Below are positions 1 through 9,678 of a DNA stretch of 64,000 bases, piece after piece; the stretch's first letter is position 1; each line of letters begins with the position of its first letter. This stretch comes from a virus. Lineage: Duplodnaviria; Caudoviricetes. The notes below the pieces were generated by a model. The model saw only the letters and a list, made by a program, of their open reading frames with translations. It did not search any database and was not told where the DNA came from. The stretch covers positions 4,847-68,846 of IMG/VR virus record IMGVR_UViG_3300029288_000010, one strand, 5' to 3'. A program made the translations under genes and the position numbers.

Positions 1-17
1 AAATAAGGGGAATCAAT

Positions 18-1763
18 ATGACAGATGAACCATGTGCCCCACGAATAGGAAGTGAGTCATGCTCTACTGTTACAGCAGAGACAATCGACCCAAGCAATAA
101 AGCCAATCTAATAATTGGTTGCTATGGATGTTCTTTTAATTGCCGGATATGCAATGGAGAGGTGGGAAGGAGAGATAGTAGCGTTGTCCTTACTCCTAGC
201 TTATTAGATTTAAACAATGATTTAAGTATTAGTCGTAGTGATTTCGAAAGAAGCATTGTCGGCCCTAGAATATGCATTAAGTGTGCAAAGCAAATAGTGG
301 ATGGTGAACATTTTCATAGATGCCACGGTTGTGGATTATGGAGTTTTGAACCTCATGGAAAATATTTAGAAGGCTCCAATACCAGGAATAGTGTATGGGT
401 TTGCAATAGCTGTTTAGAATGTTCTAAGTTTACATGTTCTCACTGTAATAGAACATTGTATTCAATAACAACAATGTCATGGAGATTATTTAACAATAAT
501 ACAGTTTGTGACAGATGCAAGAAACTTCATTATTTCATATGTAGTGACTGCCATAATGGGTTTCCAAATAATGAAGCATTAATAGATCCAGTTACTGGCG
601 AGCATCTTTGCGGTAGTTGCTATCCAAGTAGATTTGTTGTATGCACATTATGTGGCAGATCTGCTCACATTAGAACCACTATGAGCCTTGGAGATAGACT
701 GCTATGTAGAGATTGTGTAAATAGTTCAAGGGGATATGAAGTTGAGCCAGTTAAACCATACAACTACAAGCCAAGCATATTCAATTTTTATACATATACA
801 AGCAAAGATGTTAAAAATAATGATGTGACTGGCTATGATCTATTTAACATCTCTAATGAAGAAGATAGCAAGAAGCTATATCTTGGGATAGAAGTAGAGA
901 TAGATGGGTTCAATTCAACTAGTGCAAAGGAAAGATGTGCCCTTGATATTCTGAAACAATTTTCCAACAAGGAAAAAATATTTTACATTAAACATGACGG
1001 ATCTTTAAGATGTGGATTTGAAATAGTTACACATCCAATGGAGCTACAAGCACTATTCCTTATTCCTTGGAATGAAATATTTAATATAGCAAAGTCTTAC
1101 GGAGCCTATGCATTTAAAGAAAAAACCTGTGGGCTCCATGTTCACTTTAATAAGTCCTATTATGGATGTAATTTAAGTAAGCCAAGAACATCATCATACA
1201 ATAAACCTTTTATGGAAAAAGCCTTGAGATTATTAGATTTTATCAATAAAAATTTTATGGAATTATCAAAAATTTCAAGGAGATGCAACAATAATTATAG
1301 GTGTATGCTTAAAGAAAGTGATTTGCCAATAGAAATAGATCAAGGCTACACTCATTGCATTAAAAATTGTGGCAAACCATGCTCCTTTAGATATTGCAGA
1401 AAGCAACATACTGTTAAAAATTTAATGAAAAGGATTAAAAAATATGGAGGTAGAAGACTTTACAATGTAGCAGATCTTTACAATGGTTCTATTATAGATA
1501 AATATTCAGCTTGCAATTTAACCAACTTCTCCACAATAGAGATCAGATTGTGGAGGGGAACATTGAATGTAGAAAGCTTCAAAAGTTTAATATTATTAAC
1601 CTATCTAATAATACAACACGTCCATGACACAAATAAATCAAAATCAATAAAAATTATTGATATTGTAGCACAGTCTAAACAACTACAGGATGATCAAAAA
1701 ACCAAGTTGATTGGATTCATAGCTAAAAGAATATCAAGCAATTCTATAGCAGGAGAGGTGTAA
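18..1763 (+). CDS. Phage-type COOH-NH2 amidoligase (glutamine-synthetase-like fold) with N-terminal multi-CxxC zinc-finger region
   Basis: Motifs LYLGIEVEID, KHDGSL, GFEIVTHP, TCGLHVHF, KYSACNL, TIEIRLWRGTL match the putative amidoligase family. The first ~240 aa contain more than 10 CxxC pairs. The gene lies directly upstream of a GAT-II. Confidence 0.85.
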   Translation: MTDEPCAPRIGSESCSTVTAETIDPSNKANLIIGCYGCSFNCRICNGEVGRRDSSVVLTPSLLDLNNDLSISRSDFERSIVGPRICIKCAKQIVDGEHFHRCHGCGLWSFEPHGKYLEGSNTRNSVWVCNSCLECSKFTCSHCNRTLYSITTMSWRLFNNNTVCDRCKKLHYFICSDCHNGFPNNEALIDPVTGEHLCGSCYPSRFVVCTLCGRSAHIRTTMSLGDRLLCRDCVNSSRGYEVEPVKPYNYKPSIFNFYTYTSKDVKNNDVTGYDLFNISNEEDSKKLYLGIEVEIDGFNSTSAKERCALDILKQFSNKEKIFYIKHDGSLRCGFEIVTHPMELQALFLIPWNEIFNIAKSYGAYAFKEKTCGLHVHFNKSYYGCNLSKPRTSSYNKPFMEKALRLLDFINKNFMELSKISRRCNNNYRCMLKESDLPIEIDQGYTHCIKNCGKPCSFRYCRKQHTVKNLMKRIKKYGGRRLYNVADLYNGSIIDKYSACNLTNFSTIEIRLWRGTLNVESFKSLILLTYLIIQHVHDTNKSKSIKIIDIVAQSKQLQDDQKTKLIGFIAKRISSNSIAGEV

Positions 1764-1764
1764 T

Positions 1765-2865
1765 ATGTGTGTGATAATATACAAGCATAGCAAAGCAAAA
1801 CTACCAGATAGAGATAAATTGAGACTAGCGGCATCCGAAAATCCAGATGGAGTAGGATTGGCATATACACATAACAATAAGGTAATTATTAAAAAGGGAA
1901 TTAACCTTAAGCAGTTATTTGACATGGAAAGTTTATTATCAGATAAGACTGTAATTTATCACTTTAGAATAGCGACTAGTGGAATTAAAACTAGCAAGAA
2001 CCAATGCCATCCATTTCCACTATCTGGCAATTTTGAAGATCTTGAAAAATTAGAGACATCATGCAATACAGCAATAGCACACAATGGGCATTTAATTGGA
2101 TATTACAGTGATAGGTACTCAGATACCCAAGTGTTTATTAAGACAGTATTGAATGGTTTTGTATTTAACGACATATACTATAATCAAAAAATAAAATTAC
2201 TATTTGAATCTACAATAGATGGAGATAGATTTATATTTATGAACAAGGATGGTAGGATAGTTAAATTCGGAACATGGTTTAAACATGAAGGAATTTGGTA
2301 TTCCAACAATTCCATGTTTAAATATAACTACAAGACTACTGTTATTAAGAGTTCCCACAACGAAAATGTTAATAATTACATACATCATAGATCATGCGCT
2401 ACATGTGGAACTGAACTTCATGCAGCAGATGGAGTTGCATTTAGTTCAATTATCAATGACCATGTTTGCTTACACTGCAATAGCATACTCATTAAAATGC
2501 AGAGAGCCAAGACAAATGATATTAAAGTATATCAATGTGAATCTTGTAAGAAGTATAAAAAAGATGTATATAGAGAGCCTAAATCTGGAAGTATGATGTG
2601 CATGGACTGCTGGTCATCTTATAATGTTGCTCATGGCTCAAAGGTTGAATCAACTGGAAGTTGTGGGATATGTAATCATGAATTTCAAGTTCTTTACTAC
2701 AATTCGCTGGTTAAAAAAATGATATGCTTAACTTGCTGGATAAATAAGGATATAATAAAAGGTCAAATGCTTAAAAATGAAATAGCAACAAAATCAAATG
2801 AAAAAGGCAAGGAGGATTGTGAATGTCTAAAAGAAGATCAGCTCACTATAGTATCAGCAGATTAA
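1765..2865 (+). CDS. Class II (Ntn) glutamine amidotransferase with C-terminal CxxC zinc ribbons
   Basis: Cys at position 2 (MCVII), NPDG, HFRIAT, HPF, AHNG, SDT motifs; C-terminal CxxC repeats. Confidence 0.88.
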   Translation: MCVIIYKHSKAKLPDRDKLRLAASENPDGVGLAYTHNNKVIIKKGINLKQLFDMESLLSDKTVIYHFRIATSGIKTSKNQCHPFPLSGNFEDLEKLETSCNTAIAHNGHLIGYYSDRYSDTQVFIKTVLNGFVFNDIYYNQKIKLLFESTIDGDRFIFMNKDGRIVKFGTWFKHEGIWYSNNSMFKYNYKTTVIKSSHNENVNNYIHHRSCATCGTELHAADGVAFSSIINDHVCLHCNSILIKMQRAKTNDIKVYQCESCKKYKKDVYREPKSGSMMCMDCWSSYNVAHGSKVESTGSCGICNHEFQVLYYNSLVKKMICLTCWINKDIIKGQMLKNEIATKSNEKGKEDCECLKEDQLTIVSAD

Positions 2866-2894
2866 GTTATAAAATAATTAAAGGAGGTAGATTG

Positions 2895-3002
2895 ATGTAT
2901 AAGATGAGTGTCTGGATGTCAGGCAATCCTATGAAGATATTTAAATACTACCTTCGCAAATTAGCAATAAGAAGAGGCGTAAATATATTAAACAAAATGT
3001 AA
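2895..3002 (+). CDS. Small basic hypothetical protein (35 aa, not in ORF track)
   Basis: AAGGAGG SD at 2881-2887, ATG 2895, TAA 3000-3002; fills the intergenic gap. Confidence 0.5.
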   Translation: MYKMSVWMSGNPMKIFKYYLRKLAIRRGVNILNKM

Positions 3003-3013
3003 TGAGGTGCATC

Positions 3014-3583
3014 ATGGAAGAAAAACAAAAAAGATTCTTTACCAATAACCAGAGAAAAGAACTTGCTAATAGGATTAGCAATAAAATGGTTATGCATCCA
3101 ATATTCCTGGAAAACATAATGGATGTAATTGAGGACTACTTAATAAATAACACTAAAAGAAACAAGGTTGCTATCAATACATCCCATGGTGGATTTAGAT
3201 TATCGACAGAAGCTGTTATAGAATTGATTAAACTAGAATCAGATGCTTTAGTGAAGACTCTCATTAAACATGTTCATAGTAGCCGTGGGGATATTTCCAA
3301 CTATCCAGACATAATTGAAGAGAAGTATTTATGTAATAAATCAAGTGGGTATTATGATGGGGTTGTTTGTGGTGAGTATATTTATAGTCCCCATATCTAT
3401 AATAGTATTAGAGAAAGAAACCACCCAGATTTAATTGCAGTAATAGAGAAATTAGGGACCAATGCTGCATCTGCACGTGGGTCCGATATTAATATTATAA
3501 CACTTGATGATTGTGAGATTGGAGGAAGGATATACATAAATGAATACGATGGCAGAGAGTCATTGGACTATTCAAAAAGATGA
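3014..3583 (+). CDS. Conserved phage hypothetical protein
   Basis: ORF 3002..3583 with likely start 3014 (GAGGTG SD); KVAIN..GGF.LS and R.HPDLI.V.E.LG...EYDG.ES pattern seen in phage hypotheticals. Confidence 0.7.
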   Translation: MEEKQKRFFTNNQRKELANRISNKMVMHPIFLENIMDVIEDYLINNTKRNKVAINTSHGGFRLSTEAVIELIKLESDALVKTLIKHVHSSRGDISNYPDIIEEKYLCNKSSGYYDGVVCGEYIYSPHIYNSIRERNHPDLIAVIEKLGTNAASARGSDINIITLDDCEIGGRIYINEYDGRESLDYSKR

Positions 3584-3593
3584 CAACCATAAC

Positions 3594-3622
3594 TTGAAAT
3601 TCTAACTTGGAAAGTATATATT
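3594..3622 (+). promoter_or_regulatory. sigma70-type promoter, leaderless start of next gene
   Basis: TTGAAA(3594-99)-17 nt-TATATT(3617-22); ATG at 3629, 6 nt downstream. Confidence 0.6.
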
Positions 3623-3628
3623 ATTAAT

Positions 3629-3847
3629 ATGACAGAAGCAAAATCAAGAAAAGAAAAATCACTTGGGGCATTAGGATCTATCGAGATTAGAATACCACTC
3701 CCAGATTCTCTTAAGTTTTTAATTGGCAAAACTGAATGTATCTGTGGATCAATTTGGGACAATAGAGAAATGAGAATATTAAAATCTAACAAATGCCCCA
3801 AGTGCTTAAATTATTTTAAGGAGGATAAGGAAAATGACAGCAAATGA
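3629..3847 (+). CDS. Small zinc-ribbon hypothetical protein
   Basis: 72 aa, CxC and CxxC. Confidence 0.6.
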   Translation: MTEAKSRKEKSLGALGSIEIRIPLPDSLKFLIGKTECICGSIWDNREMRILKSNKCPKCLNYFKEDKENDSK

Positions 3848-4208
3848 TAAAAAGAATGTATTTTGTGATGATGGATTTGATCCAAACAATGAGATGTGTA
3901 TAAATTGCATACATTCAAGTGAATGTAAAGACTGGACATTGACCTGGAGAACAATAGAGGATGTTAAGGATAGAAAATCCACAAATCCAGAATCTGACTC
4001 TGACGATGACATCCAGGTAGGGGTAGAATTACTCCAGAGAATGAACTTGCTAGATCAAAATGAAATTGCACTAAGAAAGGAGATTAATAAAATTAACATT
4101 AAACTAAATAGGATGATAGAGTTAGAATTTGGAAAAGATGAACTTGAGTTCATAAATACCCTGGTCAATGATGATCTATTGGCCAACTCAGGAAATCTAG
4201 GAAAGTAG
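3834..4208 (+). CDS. Hypothetical protein (Cys cluster, acidic, coiled coil)
   Basis: 124-aa ORF, SD and overlap coupling. Confidence 0.65.
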   Translation: MTANDKKNVFCDDGFDPNNEMCINCIHSSECKDWTLTWRTIEDVKDRKSTNPESDSDDDIQVGVELLQRMNLLDQNEIALRKEINKINIKLNRMIELEFGKDELEFINTLVNDDLLANSGNLGK

Positions 4209-4529
4209 GTGAGCATTATGGCACCAAAATTCAATACAGGAATAGTAGATCTATTAGGCTATGATTTAATTAAAAGTTTTTTTGAATTTAACTTAAGGAG
4301 CAAAAATTCTCTTGGAGATACGTTTTATGGCATGGAGTGTAAAATATGTGGAGAAGGATTCGAAAGTGACAGTTATGCAAATCAAAGAGACCATATTAAA
4401 CAGCATCTTCATCAAGAAGAAATTGAAGAAGCTAAAAAATATTTAACTGGATTAATTAAAGTAAGCAAGAAAATACACACTTTGGGTAAAATACCACTAC
4501 ACAATTTATCTATAAGGAGAACAGTATGA
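4209..4529 (+). CDS. Hypothetical protein with C2H2-like zinc finger
   Basis: CKICG...HIKQH; GTG start. Confidence 0.6.
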   Translation: MSIMAPKFNTGIVDLLGYDLIKSFFEFNLRSKNSLGDTFYGMECKICGEGFESDSYANQRDHIKQHLHQEEIEEAKKYLTGLIKVSKKIHTLGKIPLHNLSIRRTV

Positions 4530-5077
4530 ATAGTGTAAGCCAAGAAAACAATGAAATTAAAACAACTCTTGATGGAATTGAAGATCTAGAGAAGATGTTC
4601 CCATTAGTAATACCTTTCAATAGGGATGGCTCCATGGTTCACATTGACTGCAATATAGCACCACCAGTTTCCAGAGATCGTGAAGGACTATCAGAATTCT
4701 TTATTAACAAATTAGCTTTACTAAATGATGTTAAAGCATTACTGGATCATGATATTGGGATTGCCAAGCTAGAGTTTGACCACCTTAAATCTGAACTTGA
4801 AACCTGGATAGACATAGAGGTGTCTCAAATAGGAATTGATTGCAGAGAAAAGGAACGATCTGGAGAAATAAAGAAGATTACAGATGAAGAGGTTAAGGAT
4901 AGAAAGAAAGCCATGACTCCTCAAATGTTTGCATACATTACTTCTCGAAAATCTACATTAAAGACATTGGAATCAAACATATACCTACAGGAAAAAGATC
5001 TTTCCAGGGTCAAAGGTAAAATCAAGGTTTGTGAATGGGCATTAAAGCTAATAACTAACAATGATAAGGATGAATAA
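4526..5077 (+). CDS. Coiled-coil protein, possible UvsY-like recombination mediator
   Basis: Helical, heptad-rich 183 aa just upstream of RecA/UvsX; function inferred from context only. Confidence 0.4.
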   Translation: MNSVSQENNEIKTTLDGIEDLEKMFPLVIPFNRDGSMVHIDCNIAPPVSRDREGLSEFFINKLALLNDVKALLDHDIGIAKLEFDHLKSELETWIDIEVSQIGIDCREKERSGEIKKITDEEVKDRKKAMTPQMFAYITSRKSTLKTLESNIYLQEKDLSRVKGKIKVCEWALKLITNNDKDE

Positions 5078-5079
5078 TT

Positions 5080-5187
5080 ATGTTATTTAAAAAGAAGTTC
5101 ATAGGCGACGAAGAAGAAATAGGAGAGGATGAAGCTGATGAGATGGAATATCAAGGTGATGATGATGATTGGGATTGGGATGATTAG
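5080..5187 (+). CDS. Highly acidic 35-aa micro-protein (not in ORF track)
   Basis: MLFKKKFIGDEEEIGEDEADEMEYQGDDDDWDWDD; AGGA SD upstream; 17 of 35 residues are D/E. Confidence 0.6.
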   Translation: MLFKKKFIGDEEEIGEDEADEMEYQGDDDDWDWDD

Positions 5188-5201
5188 AAAGGACAATAAT
5201 A

Positions 5202-6350
5202 ATGGTTAAAAAGGTTATTACACCAGAAAATCCTCAAGAGGATAACACTGGTATCGTTCAGCAGCCCCCCGCTTCTCTCGAAAGTTCTTTGGCTATAAAC
5301 CCTTACGTTAACCATAAATCTATTATGGAATATAGGGAAAACAAGCCTTTCTTTGACACTGGAATACCATCATTAAACTATGCCTTAAGAAAGGAATCAG
5401 GAGATGGATTGCCAATAGGCTTGTTTATAGAGCTACTTGGAGAGGATAAATCTGGTAAAACAGCGCTTCTCATCTATTTAGCTAAAACTATATTAGATGG
5501 TGGTGGCATAGTAGTGTGGTTGCAAAATGAATGCGACCTGGATAGAGAAAGATGTGTTAAGTATGGATTAGATTGGGACAAATATGTAGCATCTGGGCAG
5601 CTTTTAATTCTGGAATTTGTAAGCATAGAAGAGACATTTACTTACATGGAAGTTCAATTAGACAGAATTATAGGATTTAGAAAGAAAGGAGAAACTAGAA
5701 CTATAGGGATGTTCCTTGACAGTTTAGTATTTAATACTAACTCTATAACTGAAAATAACAAAGTAGGAGTTAGAGATCAAGGCTGGAGCAATGAACTATT
5801 AAAGCAATTCATTAACAAATGCCACATTAAGCTAATCCAAGCAAGGGTTTTAATGATTGCTACCAATCAACTTGATAAGAGTGAAAACAAATGGGAAAAA
5901 TCCCACCTTAGAAATAGAGGTAAAGGAGGAGGTAAAGTTATAAGGTATGCTATTGCAGGTCAAATTCTCATAGAGAAGTTTAGAGAATGGGATAGTGGCT
6001 CTGGGTATAGCACCATAGTTACAATAAGAAACACAAAGTTTGGAGAGCCAAACAAGAAAACCATGTTAGATTTTATCTATGACACTGGATTAGTTCCACA
6101 CTCTGGGATATTCCACATATTAGATGATTCTAAATTTTGGAAGAAGCAAGATGGGCATGGTGAAAGACTTGGATCTTCAGGAAATAAGAAATTCTACCAT
6201 GAAAAATTAGCTACCCCATTTATGATGGATAAGCTATGGGAAGATGATAATATTAGAGAATTCATGATTCAAGATTTAAAGTATTATTATCAAAACAAGA
6301 TATTTAAAACGACAAAAGCAGATTCAGATGAATCAGGAGGTATGGAGTAA
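5202..6350 (+). CDS. recA: RecA/UvsX-like recombinase
   Basis: FDTGIPSLN, Walker A GEDKSGKT, Walker B MFLDSL, ATNQ, GGG..IRY, K.KFG.P. Confidence 0.9.
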   Translation: MVKKVITPENPQEDNTGIVQQPPASLESSLAINPYVNHKSIMEYRENKPFFDTGIPSLNYALRKESGDGLPIGLFIELLGEDKSGKTALLIYLAKTILDGGGIVVWLQNECDLDRERCVKYGLDWDKYVASGQLLILEFVSIEETFTYMEVQLDRIIGFRKKGETRTIGMFLDSLVFNTNSITENNKVGVRDQGWSNELLKQFINKCHIKLIQARVLMIATNQLDKSENKWEKSHLRNRGKGGGKVIRYAIAGQILIEKFREWDSGSGYSTIVTIRNTKFGEPNKKTMLDFIYDTGLVPHSGIFHILDDSKFWKKQDGHGERLGSSGNKKFYHEKLATPFMMDKLWEDDNIREFMIQDLKYYYQNKIFKTTKADSDESGGME

Positions 6351-7142
6351 ATGGTAAAAAATAAAAGCATAACAGATGTTGAGAATAAAACCATAGATGG
6401 AGTCCCTGAAATTAATTCAGTAATAGACACAGAGCCTCCAATGGTTCCAAATAATCCCATTGAGATAGCCACGATAGAACAACCAAAGCTAGACCCAAGA
6501 TTTATAGTCAACATAAAAGGCAAAGATTTTGTTGTATATGCAGGGCTACTAGATCTTGCCCATCAAAAGGGATTTCATGATTTAGTTGTCCAAGCTATAC
6601 AATACCCAAATGATGAAAATAATCACATGGCAATTTGTGTAGCAGTATTGACAGATAATGGAGGTCGTAAGTTTCAAGACTTTGGAGACGCAGACCACAG
6701 TAATGTCAATTCCAAAATCAGAGGTCATGAATTGAGAATGGCTTCTACTAGGGCTAAAGCTAGAGTACTTAGAGACTTTACCAACGTTGGCATGACAGCT
6801 CTGGAGGAAATAGGAGACATTGACAATACAGCAGATAATGAAGATGAGCATTATGACAATAGACCATCTAATGTGGTAAGGTTCCCAAAAAAAGAAAACA
6901 GGGCTGCTGAAAATGATGAACTTACCTTCATAAAAGCCAATATAGCTGATTTAATTAAGACTAAACTGTCTTTCTACTCAACGGATGCTAATGACACTAG
7001 CATGAAAGCTGTTAAGAATCTATACAGAGACCTTACCCTCCCAATGGCAAAGGCTCTATGTGATGCCATGTATCTCAAAGAAAATGGTTCAATGTCATTT
7101 GATGAGTTTAGTAAATTACAATTAACAATACGGCAGATGTAA
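6351..7142 (+). CDS. Putative Rad52/Sak-like single-strand annealing protein
   Basis: YAGLLDLAHQKG...GDA...NV...RMASTRAKARVLRD.TN.G pattern resembles Rad52-fold annealases; acidic C-terminal linker. Confidence 0.55.
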   Translation: MVKNKSITDVENKTIDGVPEINSVIDTEPPMVPNNPIEIATIEQPKLDPRFIVNIKGKDFVVYAGLLDLAHQKGFHDLVVQAIQYPNDENNHMAICVAVLTDNGGRKFQDFGDADHSNVNSKIRGHELRMASTRAKARVLRDFTNVGMTALEEIGDIDNTADNEDEHYDNRPSNVVRFPKKENRAAENDELTFIKANIADLIKTKLSFYSTDANDTSMKAVKNLYRDLTLPMAKALCDAMYLKENGSMSFDEFSKLQLTIRQM

Positions 7143-7153
7143 GATTGTAAACA

Positions 7154-7173
7154 GGGGGGCTTTATTGCCCCCC
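7154..7173 (+). terminator. GC-rich hairpin, possible intrinsic terminator or processing site
   Basis: GGGGGGC-tttatt-GCCCCCC 7-bp stem; only a short T run follows. Confidence 0.45.
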
Positions 7174-7191
7174 ATTTAAAGGAGAAATAAT

Positions 7192-7497
7192 ATGACTAAA
7201 ATATTAAATATAGAAATAAAATCATGCTCTGAATGCCCAATGTATGAACACAGAAGAAGCACCTATTGGGGCGATAGGGTTCCAACCGTAACTGACGAAC
7301 ACCATTGTGAAATGATTCTCAAATTGAGCAGATCTATGGAAAGTGAAGGGACATCATATATTAAAGTATTAGAGAAATATGGTAGTGTTGTGATCCAAAA
7401 TGACGTAAAATACCAAGATCCTGATGAGCCACCTAATTTTAAACAAGACTTTACTAAAGAAATATATATAAGGTGCCCATTGCCAAACAAGGAGTAG
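7192..7497 (+). CDS. Hypothetical protein (CxxC, C-terminal CPL)
   Basis: AAGGAG SD, 101 aa. Confidence 0.65.
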   Translation: MTKILNIEIKSCSECPMYEHRRSTYWGDRVPTVTDEHHCEMILKLSRSMESEGTSYIKVLEKYGSVVIQNDVKYQDPDEPPNFKQDFTKEIYIRCPLPNKE

Positions 7498-7501
7498 CAG
7501 T

Positions 7502-8635
7502 ATGACTAATAAAACCAATAAAGCACTCATAGTAGCAGATTTACATTTATCCCATAAACATAGGTTTCCAAATCCCCAAATGAGGCTACGGAGGGACATC
7601 CAGGCTGTCAATAACTTATGTAGAGAGGTAGTAAGGTTAAATTGTAATTCCCTTATTATTGCAGGAGACTTTTTTGATACTTATAATCCAAGCATAGAAT
7701 TACTAAATAGTATAATAGGAGAAATGCAAACATTAGCAACTGACAATGATGTTAGAATTTACTTTATAAGAGGAAATGGAATACATGAAGGAGCTAAAGA
7801 TAGGTGGAGCAACCCATTACTAACCCTTGCATCTGCAATAGACAATGCCTTATTTATAGATTGTGGATATCATATAGAGCCATCTATTGATGACATTATA
7901 ATGATACCACACTGTGAATCATCAGATGAGTTTCTGTCTAATTTAGATTCTGCAATAATAAATAGAAATGCTAGTGATAAGTATAGTAACCACAAAGATC
8001 AGTGCTACATAATATGCCACCAATGGTTTGATACACTATTTAGATTTGATTCACCTGATACTATTAGGTGTGATGACATATTAAAAATAACAAACAAAAG
8101 AGAAGATGTTAAATTTAGGTTTATATCTGGGCATCAACACAAAAGCGTATCGGTATATTACAATGACAATATATCTATTGCTAGCATAGGAATCCCAATT
8201 CAACAGAACTTTGGAGACCCATTGGATACAAATGCAATATTGTTAGAAAGTTTCACAGGAAAACTAGATTATCATTGGAACAAAATAGAGCTTTCAGACA
8301 TTAAGTTTAAAAAGATAAAAGCATCTAATATGGAAGAATTTGAAAGATTTACAGACCCAGATGCTAAAAAGCACCTGTATAGCATAGACATCCAATGTGA
8401 AGAGGATGAAAAGTTATTCAAAGCAATGTCTGAAGAGGGTTATTTTATTGAACCAAACTTCATGAAGCCAGAAAATGTACCTGGTAAAATAGAAAGAGAG
8501 GAGATTAAATTGGATAGTGACATTGAATCCATATTAAGTGAAACTGTTGATGAGTTAAGCGGAGAGCCAGAAGAGGTTAGGAAAGAAATTATAGCCATAG
8601 GCATGGAATTAACAAAAGAACCTTGCCCATTTTAA
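7502..8635 (+). CDS. sbcD: Mre11/SbcD-like metallophosphoesterase nuclease
   Basis: ADLH, AGDFFD, RGNGIHE (atypical motif III), CHQ, SGHQH; paired with Rad50. Confidence 0.85.
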   Translation: MTNKTNKALIVADLHLSHKHRFPNPQMRLRRDIQAVNNLCREVVRLNCNSLIIAGDFFDTYNPSIELLNSIIGEMQTLATDNDVRIYFIRGNGIHEGAKDRWSNPLLTLASAIDNALFIDCGYHIEPSIDDIIMIPHCESSDEFLSNLDSAIINRNASDKYSNHKDQCYIICHQWFDTLFRFDSPDTIRCDDILKITNKREDVKFRFISGHQHKSVSVYYNDNISIASIGIPIQQNFGDPLDTNAILLESFTGKLDYHWNKIELSDIKFKKIKASNMEEFERFTDPDAKKHLYSIDIQCEEDEKLFKAMSEEGYFIEPNFMKPENVPGKIEREEIKLDSDIESILSETVDELSGEPEEVRKEIIAIGMELTKEPCPF

Positions 8636-8648
8636 GGAGAAATATATT

Positions 8649-9677
8649 ATGAGAAAATTAGCAAGTATTCAAAGGATAGAGCAAGTAATTCCAATAGAAG
8701 GAGCAGATAATATAGAATCAGTAAGGGTTCTTGGCTGGGTCTGTGTTGTGAAGAAGGGCGAATTTGAGCCTGGCAATCTATGTATTTACATTGAAATAGA
8801 TTCAGTGCTGCCCAACATCCCACAATTTGAGTTCTTTAAAAAATATGCAAAGGACAGGCGAGTAAAAACCATTAAATTGCGTAAGATAATTTCTCAAGGA
8901 CTATGTTTACCAGTAGGAGAATATTTGCCTTCAGAATATAATGGCATTCAAGTAGGAGATGATGTTACTAGTATTTTTGGCATTGAAAAATATGAGCCAC
9001 CTGCTGAAATCAGGGGAGCTGGATATGATAAAATGATGGCATTCCCAATAGTAATACCAAAGCCAGATGAAACAAGGATACAAACAATACCCCACATATT
9101 AGAACAATTCAAAGGAACCCCATGTTATATAACAGAGAAAATAGATGGGACTTCAGTTACATTTTTTAAATATGAAGGTGAAATAGGAGTGTGCTCAAAG
9201 AATGTAAGGTATCAACTTGATGCTTCCAATGTATATACTGCCATGTTTAAAAAACATGATTTAGAAGAAAAACTAAAATCAAGCTATGACAATATTGCAA
9301 TACAGGGAGAAATAGTTGGTCAAAAAATACAGAGCAATAAATACAAATTCCCAGATCAAAAGCTATTTATATACTCAATATATGACATTAAAAGCCAAAG
9401 ATACTATTCTTGGGATTTAATGAATAGGGTATGCACTGAGCTTGGATTAAAATGTGTTCCCTATTTATTGGGCATAGATTTATCTGGAGGAGTTGATGAT
9501 TTTGTGGGATACTCAAAAGGCAAATCTGTATTAAATCCAGAAGTGCACAGAGAAGGCATTGTAATAAGAGCAAGAGGTGCAATAGATTTAGATCTCAAGA
9601 CTATGAGCGAGCTTGGGTATAATAGGTTCTCGTTTAAAGTTATAAATCCTGATTTTCTTATAAAATACGGAGAATGA
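8649..9677 (+). CDS. ATP-dependent RNA ligase, DRB0094/Rnl5-like, with N-terminal OB domain
   Basis: MRKLASIQRI...GADNIE...GW.CVVKKGEF N-terminus; motif I TEKIDGTS; QGEIVG; REGIV; FKVINP.FL. Confidence 0.88.
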   Translation: MRKLASIQRIEQVIPIEGADNIESVRVLGWVCVVKKGEFEPGNLCIYIEIDSVLPNIPQFEFFKKYAKDRRVKTIKLRKIISQGLCLPVGEYLPSEYNGIQVGDDVTSIFGIEKYEPPAEIRGAGYDKMMAFPIVIPKPDETRIQTIPHILEQFKGTPCYITEKIDGTSVTFFKYEGEIGVCSKNVRYQLDASNVYTAMFKKHDLEEKLKSSYDNIAIQGEIVGQKIQSNKYKFPDQKLFIYSIYDIKSQRYYSWDLMNRVCTELGLKCVPYLLGIDLSGGVDDFVGYSKGKSVLNPEVHREGIVIRARGAIDLDLKTMSELGYNRFSFKVINPDFLIKYGE

Positions 9678-9678
9678 A

